From Myxococcales bacterium (GTDB lineage: Bacteria > Myxococcota_A > UBA9042 > UBA3505), in the NCBI GenBank assembly GCA_002728755.1, contig PBVT01000035.1, positions 22,260 through 86,259 on the forward strand: a DNA stretch of 64,000 nucleotides, read 5' to 3'. The translations under genes were made by a program, and so were the position numbers. A model generated the notes under the pieces. It worked only from the letters and a program-made list of their open reading frames with translations, was not told where the DNA came from and ran no database searches. Every line of letters starts with the position of its first letter. Within the stretch, counting starts at the first letter, position 1. Of this stretch, positions 55,563-64,000 are shown in pieces.

Positions 55563-56498
55563 ATGAGTTCCAATCGATTTGCAGGAGCGCCAACAGACGA
55601 GAACAAACTGCCGGACCACGAATCCACTGTTGTGATGCGTTCGTCAGACGCATTGGTCCGGCCAAAGGGCGATGATTGTCTGGTCTGCATCTATGGTGGA
55701 CCGATTGGTAAACGCTTTATTCTTGGACAAACCGAAACAACGATTGGACGCGGTAAATCCTGCAGTATCGTTGTGGAACATAGCACTGTTTCCCGTAAAC
55801 ATGCGGGGTTATCTGGAAGCCGAGGGCAAAGAATCGTAGAAGACCTGGGGAGCACGAATGGGGTCTATATTAATGGTGTGCTGGACAAGCAACGCGTCTT
55901 GCAATCCGGAGATTACATCAAGATCGGAGATGTCATCTTCAAATACCTTGCCGGCGATAATATCGAGAGTATCTACCATGAAGAGATCTATCGATTGGCC
56001 ATCGAGGATGGCCTGACCCGAATACCAAATAAACGGGCTTTCGATGCCTTCTTAGAGCGCGAATTTGCCCGCGCCGTACGGTACTCGCGTCCCCTCAGCC
56101 TGATGATGATAGATATCGATCGGTTCAAGCAGATTAATGATCAGTTCGGACACGTCGCAGGTGACCACGTTTTAAGTGAAATGGCTGGACTTCTGAAGCC
56201 TCGGATCCGACGAGACGAATGCTTTGCACGATACGGCGGAGAAGAGTTCAGTATCGTTATGCCCGAAAGCGAACTCGTTGGTGCAGCACGATATGCAGAA
56301 ATTATCCGAGCCCATGTTGACTCACATAAATTCGTATTTGAAGGGTGTGAAATACCTATGACCATCAGTATTGGCGTAGCCCAATACAGAAAGGATATGA
56401 AGACTCCTGAAGCGTTGGTACAAGCCGCTGACAAATGTCTCTTACGTGCCAAAGAGTTGGGACGTAACCAGGTCGTGTTGGAAAAACAGGAGTCATAG
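55563..56498 (+). CDS. FHA-domain diguanylate cyclase (FHA-GGDEF)
   Basis: FHA: TIGRGKSCSIVVEHSTVSRKHAGL...GSTNGVYING. GGDEF: DIDRFKQINDQFGH..GD, RYGGEEFSIVMP. Confidence 0.9.
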   Translation: MSSNRFAGAPTDENKLPDHESTVVMRSSDALVRPKGDDCLVCIYGGPIGKRFILGQTETTIGRGKSCSIVVEHSTVSRKHAGLSGSRGQRIVEDLGSTNGVYINGVLDKQRVLQSGDYIKIGDVIFKYLAGDNIESIYHEEIYRLAIEDGLTRIPNKRAFDAFLEREFARAVRYSRPLSLMMIDIDRFKQINDQFGHVAGDHVLSEMAGLLKPRIRRDECFARYGGEEFSIVMPESELVGAARYAEIIRAHVDSHKFVFEGCEIPMTISIGVAQYRKDMKTPEALVQAADKCLLRAKELGRNQVVLEKQES

Positions 56499-56571
56499 AT
56501 AGCTTTACTCTGTTCGGTGCACTCGCTATTTTTGTCCTCTATTCGATCCAACTTCCAAGAGAGACATAAAT

Positions 56572-57840
56572 ATGCGGTACCATCTACGACTCCTTCTGGG
56601 CCTTATCCTGTTCTGCCTGGCCTGCTCTGGTGGCACAGAGAGCACTGAGGACGTAACCGACACCAGCCCAGAGCCTACGGAAATACTCACCATGGCAACC
56701 TGGAATGTGGGTTTGGCCTATGAGTTCGTAGACTACGCGGAGGAACGGCAGCCCCTGGTCTTGAACGAGCTGGCAAATCTAGAGGATATCGACGTGCTCT
56801 GCCTGCAAGAGGTCTGGACGGAGGACGACCGGACTGCGGTCAAGGAAACCCTGGAAGGAAAAGGCTACGCCGTTCATATCTACCATACAGAGGGCACCAA
56901 GGGTGGTGGCTGTACACTGGAAAATAGCCAACCAATGCTTGATTGCGTCGCAGAATATGGCTGTGAAGAGACCGACGATATGGTCGGCTGTGCGGTGGAC
57001 AACTGTTCCACTGAAATGGCGGGGCTCGGTAATGAATGTCTCGGATGTCTCACCAATGACCTGACACGGACCCTGGATCAGATGATGGAGAACTGTCTGG
57101 AAAATGAGGAAGCATCCAGTTGGTCCAATGGCGGACATAATGGGCTGGTGCTGGCTATCAAGCCCGAGATCTCCGAGTCGGACATTCTCTTTGGTGAAGG
57201 CGATATGGCAGCCTACCTCGTATGGCGCTCCTATCTGACCGGAACCTGGCTAAATTCCGATGGTGAACCCGTCACCGCCGTCTGCACACATCTAACAGCG
57301 GTCTTTAGTTCCATCCCCTACCTGGGCTTCATGACAGAAAACGATACCGTAAAATCGGATTGTGAGGCCGCTTGTGCGGACCTGGAAGATCCAACCAGCT
57401 GTATCCACCGATGCTATTACACGGCGGAACAAGCTGGACAGATTGACCAGTTATTAGCGCTGGACCTTGGCGAGGATGAGACATACGGAGCCATTGGAGC
57501 ACCTGACTTTATCCTGGGGGACCTGAATTGTGGTCCGGATGTCCAAGAAAGCGGCCTGGTGGGCGATGTAGAAGAAAACTACCAACGCCTGGTGGATGCA
57601 GGCTGGACATCAGCCAATACCACCGTTTGTACGTGGTGTGGCCTGGAGAACGAGATCCTGTCAGACGCGGGCTCCGATCATGTGATTGATCACGTTCTCC
57701 TTAGCTCCGATGTTGTGGCGAAATACAATGTTGAGAGCACTCGCATCATGGATCAGTCCTACACAATTACTTCCGAAGAGGGTGAGTTGACGACCAGCTT
57801 GAGTGACCACTTCGGCGTGGCTGTGACCTTAACGCGTTGA
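56572..57840 (+). CDS. endonuclease/exonuclease/phosphatase (EEP) family lipoprotein with Cys-rich insertions
   Basis: Signal and lipobox (LILFCLAC). EEP landmarks WNVG, DVLCLQEVW, GDLNCGP and a C-terminal SDHFGV. Confidence 0.75.
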   Translation: MRYHLRLLLGLILFCLACSGGTESTEDVTDTSPEPTEILTMATWNVGLAYEFVDYAEERQPLVLNELANLEDIDVLCLQEVWTEDDRTAVKETLEGKGYAVHIYHTEGTKGGGCTLENSQPMLDCVAEYGCEETDDMVGCAVDNCSTEMAGLGNECLGCLTNDLTRTLDQMMENCLENEEASSWSNGGHNGLVLAIKPEISESDILFGEGDMAAYLVWRSYLTGTWLNSDGEPVTAVCTHLTAVFSSIPYLGFMTENDTVKSDCEAACADLEDPTSCIHRCYYTAEQAGQIDQLLALDLGEDETYGAIGAPDFILGDLNCGPDVQESGLVGDVEENYQRLVDAGWTSANTTVCTWCGLENEILSDAGSDHVIDHVLLSSDVVAKYNVESTRIMDQSYTITSEEGELTTSLSDHFGVAVTLTR

Positions 57841-60800
57841 TGAAGGTTCACCCTCGAGCCTCAGGGCTCCTTTTCCAGGTCGCTGTATGCGCATGGGTTC
57901 TCTTCTTTGCCGGGAACCTATACTCCTGTGCAGACCCGGAGAGTGAGGCCGGTTGGTTCCAGGTTGAACCCCTGCCCAGTGTTCTGGAAGGGGACAAAAT
58001 CTCCTCCGCGATACAGACTCGCCTAACCCCGAATGGCGTCGATTATATACTCGAATCGATTCTACCTACTTTCATCGGGAGTCTGCCTACCAACCCCGAC
58101 GGAACGATTACCCTTGATATCAGCGCTCTCCAGGGTGAGTCGGAAATCTATTTCCCCATCGAATTCGGGCCGTTTAGCGGTTTCTCCATGCGGGATCTCA
58201 TCCTGAGTATCGATATAAGCAAGCTGGAAATCGACCTGGTCTCCACAAATGGTCAACCTACGTTCATTATCTCGGCACAGGATATGCCCGTACGGATCGA
58301 CAACTCCATCATCGGTGGAGAGATGAACTTCCTTGGATTGGAGGGCGATGCCGCCTGTGTTCTGAAGACGCCTCCCTCCTCGTTCTCGGCCATCCTGAGT
58401 TTTGAAGCACATATTACGTTGAGCCCAGATTCACTCGGAATCACGCAACCCCAAATCGATGTGGTCTCCCTGGATATGGACGTGATCAACATTCTGATCT
58501 TCGAAGACTGTGAGTTGGCCGAATGCCAGGATCAAATCAGCGTAGAGGATCCCTGTTCCGAATGTTCGATTTGCAACAGCCTGGGGGTAGATCCTGCGGT
58601 TATTGATGCCTTTGAAAATCTACTGGGAGGTGTGATCGGAGAGCTTTTACAAACCGTGACGCTCGCCCTGTTCAATTCCTACCTTGATGATTTCGAGGTC
58701 CTCTTTGGAGACGGGATGACGGCTCGGATCGATACCCCCCGCATGATGGAGAACGCCGTTGCTCCATTGCTCGAAACCTTTCAGCGAATGGGCCCTCTCG
58801 TTCTGGCCGCCGAAGCCGGCTCCTCGGGTTTCACCTCCGATGGAGGGGATCTAAAGCTCGATCTAGATATACTCCTTAAGGCAGAGCAGAGCGGGTGTGG
58901 CGTGGAAATGCCACCATTTGTTCCTACAGGGGCCGAGCCCTCGTTCTGGATAGACCAGAACCCTGATTACCAACTAGCGATCCGAGTTCGTCCCGATCTT
59001 CTGGAATCCATTGCATACGAGTTCTTTCGTGCAGGAGGAGCCTGTCTCTCCATCCGTCAGGGCGAGTTGACGCATTTCATGGAAAAGCCGGTTCGAATCC
59101 GGCAGGGGATTATGCAGCTGCTCTTCCCCAGGCTCCGGTATATCGGCGATTCAGAGGTCCCCCTTCGCTTTCAATTCAGCCCTTCGGCTAGCGAGCCTCC
59201 ACACGTACAGTTACTCCCTATCGAAAGCGAGGCATCCACCGCCAGTTACAGGCTCGAATTAAACCACCTGAACATGACAGCGACCGCAGACGGACCCGGC
59301 GGCATTACCTGGTTACATGGAGGCCCTGGGTTTTCAGCGCAGATCGACATGACCCTCCCGTCCCCCGAAGAAGGTCTTGTCCTCGATCTATCCGAGTTGG
59401 AGATGTCGGGACTTTCGGGGCTGGTAAGTGGAGCTACAACCGGTACACCGACAGACAAGCTTCTCACAGGCCTGGAAAAACTACTGACGGAAATTGGCCT
59501 CACCTTTTCTATCGATCTGAATGGGCTCCTATATACATTCCTAAATGACGTTTTCCTCACGGGGATAAAACAACTCGACGACGGTCGTCTTGAGCTGCAA
59601 TTCCAATTCGGCACTGTCGAAAACTCCACACCACCACAAGGTGGCGCAGGTCTACTCTACCCTCCTGGTCCCAATTCAAAATGGCCCCTTCGTTTGTTTC
59701 TACTAGGGCTACTTACCGCCCTTGTACTGACACTCCGAAATCGACGGTATGTACTGATTCCTGCCTCCGTAGGCCTATATCTCCTTTTGAGCCCAGCCTG
59801 TGACCCAGCACCAAGCCAACCCGTATGCACAACAAACCTCGATTGTGGGCAGGGCTATCTATGTACAGATGGTACCTGTACGGTTGCGGACCTATGCACC
59901 AAACACTCGGACTGTTGCGCGGGGACAGTCTGCCTGGCTGGCCAATGCGTTGAGGGGCCCGATTGTGAAAAGACCGGTTGTCCCGTGCCTGGTATGGAGT
60001 GTGTGGAACAGACGTGTCTGGCCGCTACCTGCGACGCGTCCGTGGTCACATCTTGTCCGATTGGTAGTCTCTGTGTTGCTGGCTATTGTGTACCAGACAC
60101 CTTTTCGGGGCGCTGCCCAGACGGAACCGCTCTCGACCGAGCTGCTGCCCGATGCATCCAATTACCACCGAGTTGTCTGAACCTTACGTGTGAAGCCGGA
60201 ACACAGCCGGAAGTCAGCCCTCCCAGCAGCCCACTTATCGGCCCGCATTGCCTTGGTGATTCGGTACTCTGTAGCTGCGGCTTCCTTCCAGAGCTCGAGC
60301 CACCCAGAACGGATGGACAACTCATTGCTCTAGACCCCGACGGGCTCGCCTGGCACGACTCCCGATATGGCGACGTGGTCGTATATTCAACGAATAACAA
60401 TACCTTCCCGGTCGTAGAAGAAAGCGCCTATACCTCCATTCTAGCAGGGCTTCCCGACACTCCTGTGGTGGACTCCAACCCCGAAGGGTGGAGACTTGGT
60501 ATCTCGGACCCCGGTCCCTCGATCGGCAAGAACCTGGACCACCTCCCACTTTCTTCTGGAAAGCAACTGGTCGCAAGCCTCGCTTCCCCCCATCGAAATC
60601 TACGGCTCTATCTTTACCCTGACGCCTCTCCTCTCGATGTAGTTGCGAGTGATTCCATACGGGTCCTGGCGGGACCCATTCTTCACCTGAATCCAGCCGG
60701 TCTCCCCTGTGCAATGGTCGTTGGAACAACCGAATCCGAAGGCCTTCATCTAACGGATTTCTGCTCCAATTCGGCAGACGCAACCGACGCGTTTCGTATC

Positions 60801-61571
60801 GTGCAAACTGTTTCCCTTAGCCCAGCAGACCTCTTTAATGGGCCCTGTGGTGGTAACCCCTGTGCTTCCGATGAAGTCTGTGTTCTCGCCGATACACTCC
60901 AATGCGTACTGCCATCGGAGCTCTGTAATCCAGCTTGTGATTCCGGTGAGAGCTGCGTTTTGAATGGCGATTGCTATCCAACCATCGACGCCATCGACTC
61001 CTTGGCTCCTGAGCCCGGCCTTGTTTTGTCGGTCACCAGAGATAGCGGGCCGACTGTCGCTATCACTACACGCCGCGCACCAGACCATATCCTCGCTTTG
61101 CGATGGAAAGGTGGTGCTCTCGAAAGCCAGATACTGGGTCCTCTTCCTGCCCCGGCCGGTCGTGGCCTCCTCTCCGCATCAGTGCAACGAATCGATACCA
61201 CTGTGTATATTCTTCTCAGTAGTGATCATGATTCACCGATCCGCCTCTACAGCTGGGCCGATACGGCCACAGATCCCGAATTTCTCGTGCCCGGAGATAT
61301 CAGTCCGCCGTTGGCGCCTGTAATGCGTGTCCGACAGGTTGTCGCGATCCCGTCTACCACCGAACTTCCTAGATGGTTGGCCCAGGTTTCACCGGACGAT
61401 TCGTTATGGTTGTTCTCCCTGACCCCAGACCATCAACTAGCCCGTCTTCCCATCGACGAAGGCCCCGTTTCCAGTGCTGTATATTCTTCCATACAGCGTA
61501 TCCTCGGCTGGAAAATATCGAGCCCCGGAGCCACTCTGTTGATACAGTCCTGGGAGCTTCCTGAACCGTAG
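57840..61571 (+). CDS. 1243-aa envelope protein: beta-rich N-terminal half (BPI/TULIP-like?), central hydrophobic hairpin, Cys-rich repeats, C-terminal domain
   Basis: ATG 57840 overlaps the EEP stop (TGATG). N-terminal signal with Cys (LFFAGNLYSC). The hydrophobic pair WPLRLFLLGLLTALVLTL-RNRR-YVLIPASVGLYLLL lies at nt ~59680..59810. Cys-rich C-x3-D-C-x-x-G-x-x-C modules follow at nt ~59818..60170 and ~60841..60990. Confidence 0.7.
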   Translation: MKVHPRASGLLFQVAVCAWVLFFAGNLYSCADPESEAGWFQVEPLPSVLEGDKISSAIQTRLTPNGVDYILESILPTFIGSLPTNPDGTITLDISALQGESEIYFPIEFGPFSGFSMRDLILSIDISKLEIDLVSTNGQPTFIISAQDMPVRIDNSIIGGEMNFLGLEGDAACVLKTPPSSFSAILSFEAHITLSPDSLGITQPQIDVVSLDMDVINILIFEDCELAECQDQISVEDPCSECSICNSLGVDPAVIDAFENLLGGVIGELLQTVTLALFNSYLDDFEVLFGDGMTARIDTPRMMENAVAPLLETFQRMGPLVLAAEAGSSGFTSDGGDLKLDLDILLKAEQSGCGVEMPPFVPTGAEPSFWIDQNPDYQLAIRVRPDLLESIAYEFFRAGGACLSIRQGELTHFMEKPVRIRQGIMQLLFPRLRYIGDSEVPLRFQFSPSASEPPHVQLLPIESEASTASYRLELNHLNMTATADGPGGITWLHGGPGFSAQIDMTLPSPEEGLVLDLSELEMSGLSGLVSGATTGTPTDKLLTGLEKLLTEIGLTFSIDLNGLLYTFLNDVFLTGIKQLDDGRLELQFQFGTVENSTPPQGGAGLLYPPGPNSKWPLRLFLLGLLTALVLTLRNRRYVLIPASVGLYLLLSPACDPAPSQPVCTTNLDCGQGYLCTDGTCTVADLCTKHSDCCAGTVCLAGQCVEGPDCEKTGCPVPGMECVEQTCLAATCDASVVTSCPIGSLCVAGYCVPDTFSGRCPDGTALDRAAARCIQLPPSCLNLTCEAGTQPEVSPPSSPLIGPHCLGDSVLCSCGFLPELEPPRTDGQLIALDPDGLAWHDSRYGDVVVYSTNNNTFPVVEESAYTSILAGLPDTPVVDSNPEGWRLGISDPGPSIGKNLDHLPLSSGKQLVASLASPHRNLRLYLYPDASPLDVVASDSIRVLAGPILHLNPAGLPCAMVVGTTESEGLHLTDFCSNSADATDAFRIVQTVSLSPADLFNGPCGGNPCASDEVCVLADTLQCVLPSELCNPACDSGESCVLNGDCYPTIDAIDSLAPEPGLVLSVTRDSGPTVAITTRRAPDHILALRWKGGALESQILGPLPAPAGRGLLSASVQRIDTTVYILLSSDHDSPIRLYSWADTATDPEFLVPGDISPPLAPVMRVRQVVAIPSTTELPRWLAQVSPDDSLWLFSLTPDHQLARLPIDEGPVSSAVYSSIQRILGWKISSPGATLLIQSWELPEP

Positions 61572-61701
61572 CGTAATATGCGAACATACCAACATGGAAG
61601 GCCCAAAGCCTGCTTTGACTCTATGATCCGTTTCGTGCATAGTCGCCACACTGATCGTACCTATATGATCGAACCGATTCTAAATCGGGAGGGCATCGCC
61701 C

Positions 61702-62535
61702 GTGACAGATAAAAAAAACGAGCCTGTTGCAGCTAGTTCTGACGAGCCCCAAACAGAGGCCGATGATACAAGTGACAACGCTGTGATCACGATCCAAGCG
61801 AAAGCCACATCTGAGGCTGATGAAGAGGAAGTAGGTGGCGTACCAGCTACCCTCTTTGAGAATCGAGCCGACCTGAACTCGGCTCTCGCGCAACTGATGG
61901 AAGAAGCCGAAGAAGCGGTAAGCCATCAAGACCGTGATGACCGAAAAGTCGTTAGCGGCCGTGTTCCGACGCAACCGTTGCCCATTATCCAGGATAACAG
62001 CAACGAAGAAGAGCTGATTTTTCTACGTGAACAGGTAGAGACGCTAAATGAGCGTCTTCGACTTTTTCAACAGGATGTTGAGCGATCCAAGAAGCGATCG
62101 GACGAACAACGACAACACCTCCGCTCCGATCTCACCGCCTCGTTATTGAAGAATATTCTTCCCGCGTTTGACACGCTGTACCTCGCAATCGAAGAAAGTC
62201 AGCATGTCCTCGAAGATTATCCAAATCTTACGGATCTCAATACCGGGCTGAGCATGACGGCAAACCAGCTAACGCAAGCGTTTCTTGCGGTTGGTGTCGA
62301 AACCTTGAATCCCAAAGGAATTGCTTTCGATCCACAATTCCATGAAGCCACGGAATCGGCGCCGTCCGACGAACACCCCCCTGGAACGGTCATGGAAGTG
62401 TTCCAGATCGGCTACAGAATCGGAAAACGACTGGTTCGGCCCGCTCGCGTGCGCGTTTCGATCGGCTCAAAAGAAAAAGCCACTAATTTGCGTGACCTGG
62501 AAGCCGTAGCCGAGGGATCGGAGTCCAACGATTAA
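61702..62535 (+). CDS. grpE: nucleotide exchange factor GrpE with long acidic N-terminal extension
   Basis: GTG start with GGGAGG 8 nt upstream. C-terminal GrpE signature FDPQFHEA...GTVMEVFQIGYRIGKRLVRPARVRVS after a coiled-coil segment. Confidence 0.85.
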   Translation: MTDKKNEPVAASSDEPQTEADDTSDNAVITIQAKATSEADEEEVGGVPATLFENRADLNSALAQLMEEAEEAVSHQDRDDRKVVSGRVPTQPLPIIQDNSNEEELIFLREQVETLNERLRLFQQDVERSKKRSDEQRQHLRSDLTASLLKNILPAFDTLYLAIEESQHVLEDYPNLTDLNTGLSMTANQLTQAFLAVGVETLNPKGIAFDPQFHEATESAPSDEHPPGTVMEVFQIGYRIGKRLVRPARVRVSIGSKEKATNLRDLEAVAEGSESND

Positions 62536-62567
62536 TCATCGGAAGCCGTCCTAGACGCTGACCGTAA

Positions 62568-62897
62568 TCAGGACGATTTACCGCTGACCTGGGTATAGAG
62601 ATCGTACAGTCGCTTCTGACTATAGGTCTCTAGTTTCTCGGTATAGCCTTGCGTAGGTTTACGTCCCGAAAACTTCTTTTCGGCGATCGCATTCACCAGA
62701 TTCTTCTTGTTTCCAAACTGATCCTTTACGGCCGTCAGAACACTGTGGATACGCAAAAGCTGGCTATTCTTGGCCCCATTGAGTCGAGACTCTGTACCGG
62801 AATCTTTATCGTCGGCCAGAAGACCAACGATCTCCTGTACGAGCTTTGCGCGGGATCCGAATTGATTAATTACGGTTTGTTTAGGGGAGGGCTTCAT
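62568..62897 (-). CDS. small basic hypothetical protein (109 aa) with an internal duplicated motif
   Basis: The internal ATG 62897 lies just downstream of the bamD-like stop (62902). The longer ORF (to 63149) would overlap bamD out of frame. The motif x-x-Q-F-G-x-x-x-x-L-V-x-x-I occurs twice (INQFGSRAKLVQEI, KDQFGNKKNLVNAI). Confidence 0.45.
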   Translation of the reverse strand: MKPSPKQTVINQFGSRAKLVQEIVGLLADDKDSGTESRLNGAKNSQLLRIHSVLTAVKDQFGNKKNLVNAIAEKKFSGRKPTQGYTEKLETYSQKRLYDLYTQVSGKSS

Positions 62898-62901
62898 TGC
62901 T

Positions 62902-63987
62902 TCACCTCTTAGGGGATTCAGTTGTCTTTGGTTTTGCTGACGCAGCATCAAGTGTTTCCCCTTTAAGAAGACCTGGGAAACGCACGGCAACTGCCTGCCT
63001 GATCTGCTCCAGCCGTTTTTTCGATTTCGTTCGCCTTGCCAATACAAGCATCCGGGAGAAGTTAGTCCGTGTAGCTCCCCACTCTGGGAAACCAAAGGCC
63101 ATCTCCATCCGACGTCCAAGCTCACCACCGTCTTGCATGCGACGCGCATAGAAGCGCGCTACATAGTAATGGTGACGATACAATCGATGACGCACTTTCC
63201 TGAGGAGCTTTGTGGTCTCAACGACATAGGGGCTCTCTGGGGCTTGGCGAATCGACGCTTGTAGATAATCACGGGCCTGTAACGCACGAGACGGGTCTAA
63301 ACGCTCGGCTGGTGCGATATAGGTTATATCGTCGGGCATTCGAGCGACGAGGCACCGTGCGGCCATATAGCGCGCGTAGGCTACATTCACATCCTGTGGG
63401 AACAACGAAATATACTCGCCATAGATCTCAAAAGCCTCAAGGTATCGCCCTTGATTATATCGAGTATCGGCCAACCGAAGTTTCCCCAGTTGGGCGTACG
63501 TCATATACAACGGTAGTCGGACCAACCTTTGAAACGTCAACGCGGCATCGTCATAGTTCCCAGCCACGAGATATTTGATTCCTTTGAAGTATTGGACGCG
63601 AGCCGTTTTTCCACGAGCCTTGGTGTCGACACGCTTCTGTGCTGCGATACGGCGTAAGAACTCGAGATTGTCCAGAGCCTCCGTGTGGTCCTTCTTATCA
63701 ACGGCCACCACGGCATCTCGATGGTAGCCACGAGCCTTTTCACAGGTAGATGGTGCCACACTACACTTGGCCAAAAACGGTTCCAACTCGGCGAGACGGA
63801 TTCGTGCCACATCGTGATTACCCGCACGTAGCGCTCGGACACTACTTCGAAAGAGGCTATACGCCTTCATCGCCGGGTCGCCAGACAAACCCAACCACGG
63901 CTGGGGCTTGCCCTGCGTCTGAAGCGAACTCTTTCCGGTCCCGCAGGCGCTGAAGATGCCGATTGCTACCAACATCCAGACCATCAC
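62902..63987 (-). CDS. bamD: outer-membrane protein assembly factor BamD-like TPR lipoprotein with C-terminal extension
   Basis: Signal and lipobox (AIGIFSAC). TPR-like helices and the BamD-type segment SPYVVETTKLLRKVRHRLYRHHYYVARFYARR. Confidence 0.7.
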   Translation of the reverse strand: MMVWMLVAIGIFSACGTGKSSLQTQGKPQPWLGLSGDPAMKAYSLFRSSVRALRAGNHDVARIRLAELEPFLAKCSVAPSTCEKARGYHRDAVVAVDKKDHTEALDNLEFLRRIAAQKRVDTKARGKTARVQYFKGIKYLVAGNYDDAALTFQRLVRLPLYMTYAQLGKLRLADTRYNQGRYLEAFEIYGEYISLFPQDVNVAYARYMAARCLVARMPDDITYIAPAERLDPSRALQARDYLQASIRQAPESPYVVETTKLLRKVRHRLYRHHYYVARFYARRMQDGGELGRRMEMAFGFPEWGATRTNFSRMLVLARRTKSKKRLEQIRQAVAVRFPGLLKGETLDAASAKPKTTESPKR

Positions 63988-64000
63988 GGGCCGTACAACT

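Noticed and set aside
61572-61701. CIRCE heat-shock operator (TTAGCACTC-N9-GAGTGCTAA) upstream of grpE
   Set aside because: I read the full 130-nt region and found no match to either half-site.
1-64000. Genomic island, prophage or defence island
   Set aside because: I saw no integrase, transposase, tRNA attachment site, direct-repeat borders, restriction-modification, toxin-antitoxin or cas-like genes. Housekeeping genes are interspersed throughout and composition looks uniform by eye.

Overview
This is a gene-dense chromosomal window with about 45 CDS on both strands. There are many 1-4 nt start/stop overlaps and several convergent gene pairs with almost no spacer. I saw no rRNA, tRNA, CRISPR array, transposase, integrase or phage genes. 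All calls come from reading motifs in the supplied translations and hairpins in the DNA; no homology search was run.

Housekeeping genes recognised: hisD, lolA, rimO, lysC, dnaG-rpoD, miaB, an RsmB/Sun-type methyltransferase, recD2, an RNB ribonuclease, gatCAB, grpE and bamD.

The rest is envelope, secretion and signalling content:
- a Hanks-type Ser/Thr kinase with a PEGA domain
- an FHA-GGDEF protein and two histidine kinases
- a prepilin peptidase and a pilin-like gene
- an orphan MCE/MlaD protein
- an IorAB-type molybdoenzyme pair
- several very large secreted or membrane proteins that share Cys-rich modules

This mix suggests a Gram-negative Myxococcota/Bdellovibrionota-type lineage, which is an unverified inference.

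The most unusual items are:
1. A co-directional cluster of mlaD-like, an 1818-aa GT-C(ArnT/PMT)-like protein, pilD and a histidine kinase, divergent from a pilin gene. The giant protein has a ~240-aa insertion in its first periplasmic loop and four W-x3-W-x-GA repeats.
2. An AsmA-like N-terminal region fused to a C-terminal GT51 peptidoglycan glycosyltransferase.
3. An EEP-family lipoprotein translationally coupled to a 1243-aa protein whose N-terminus resembles BPI/TULIP lipid-binding folds.
4. An RpoD in which ~250 aa of basic tandem repeats sit where acidic region 1.1 would be.
5. A lipoprotein with a duplicated GILT-like domain.
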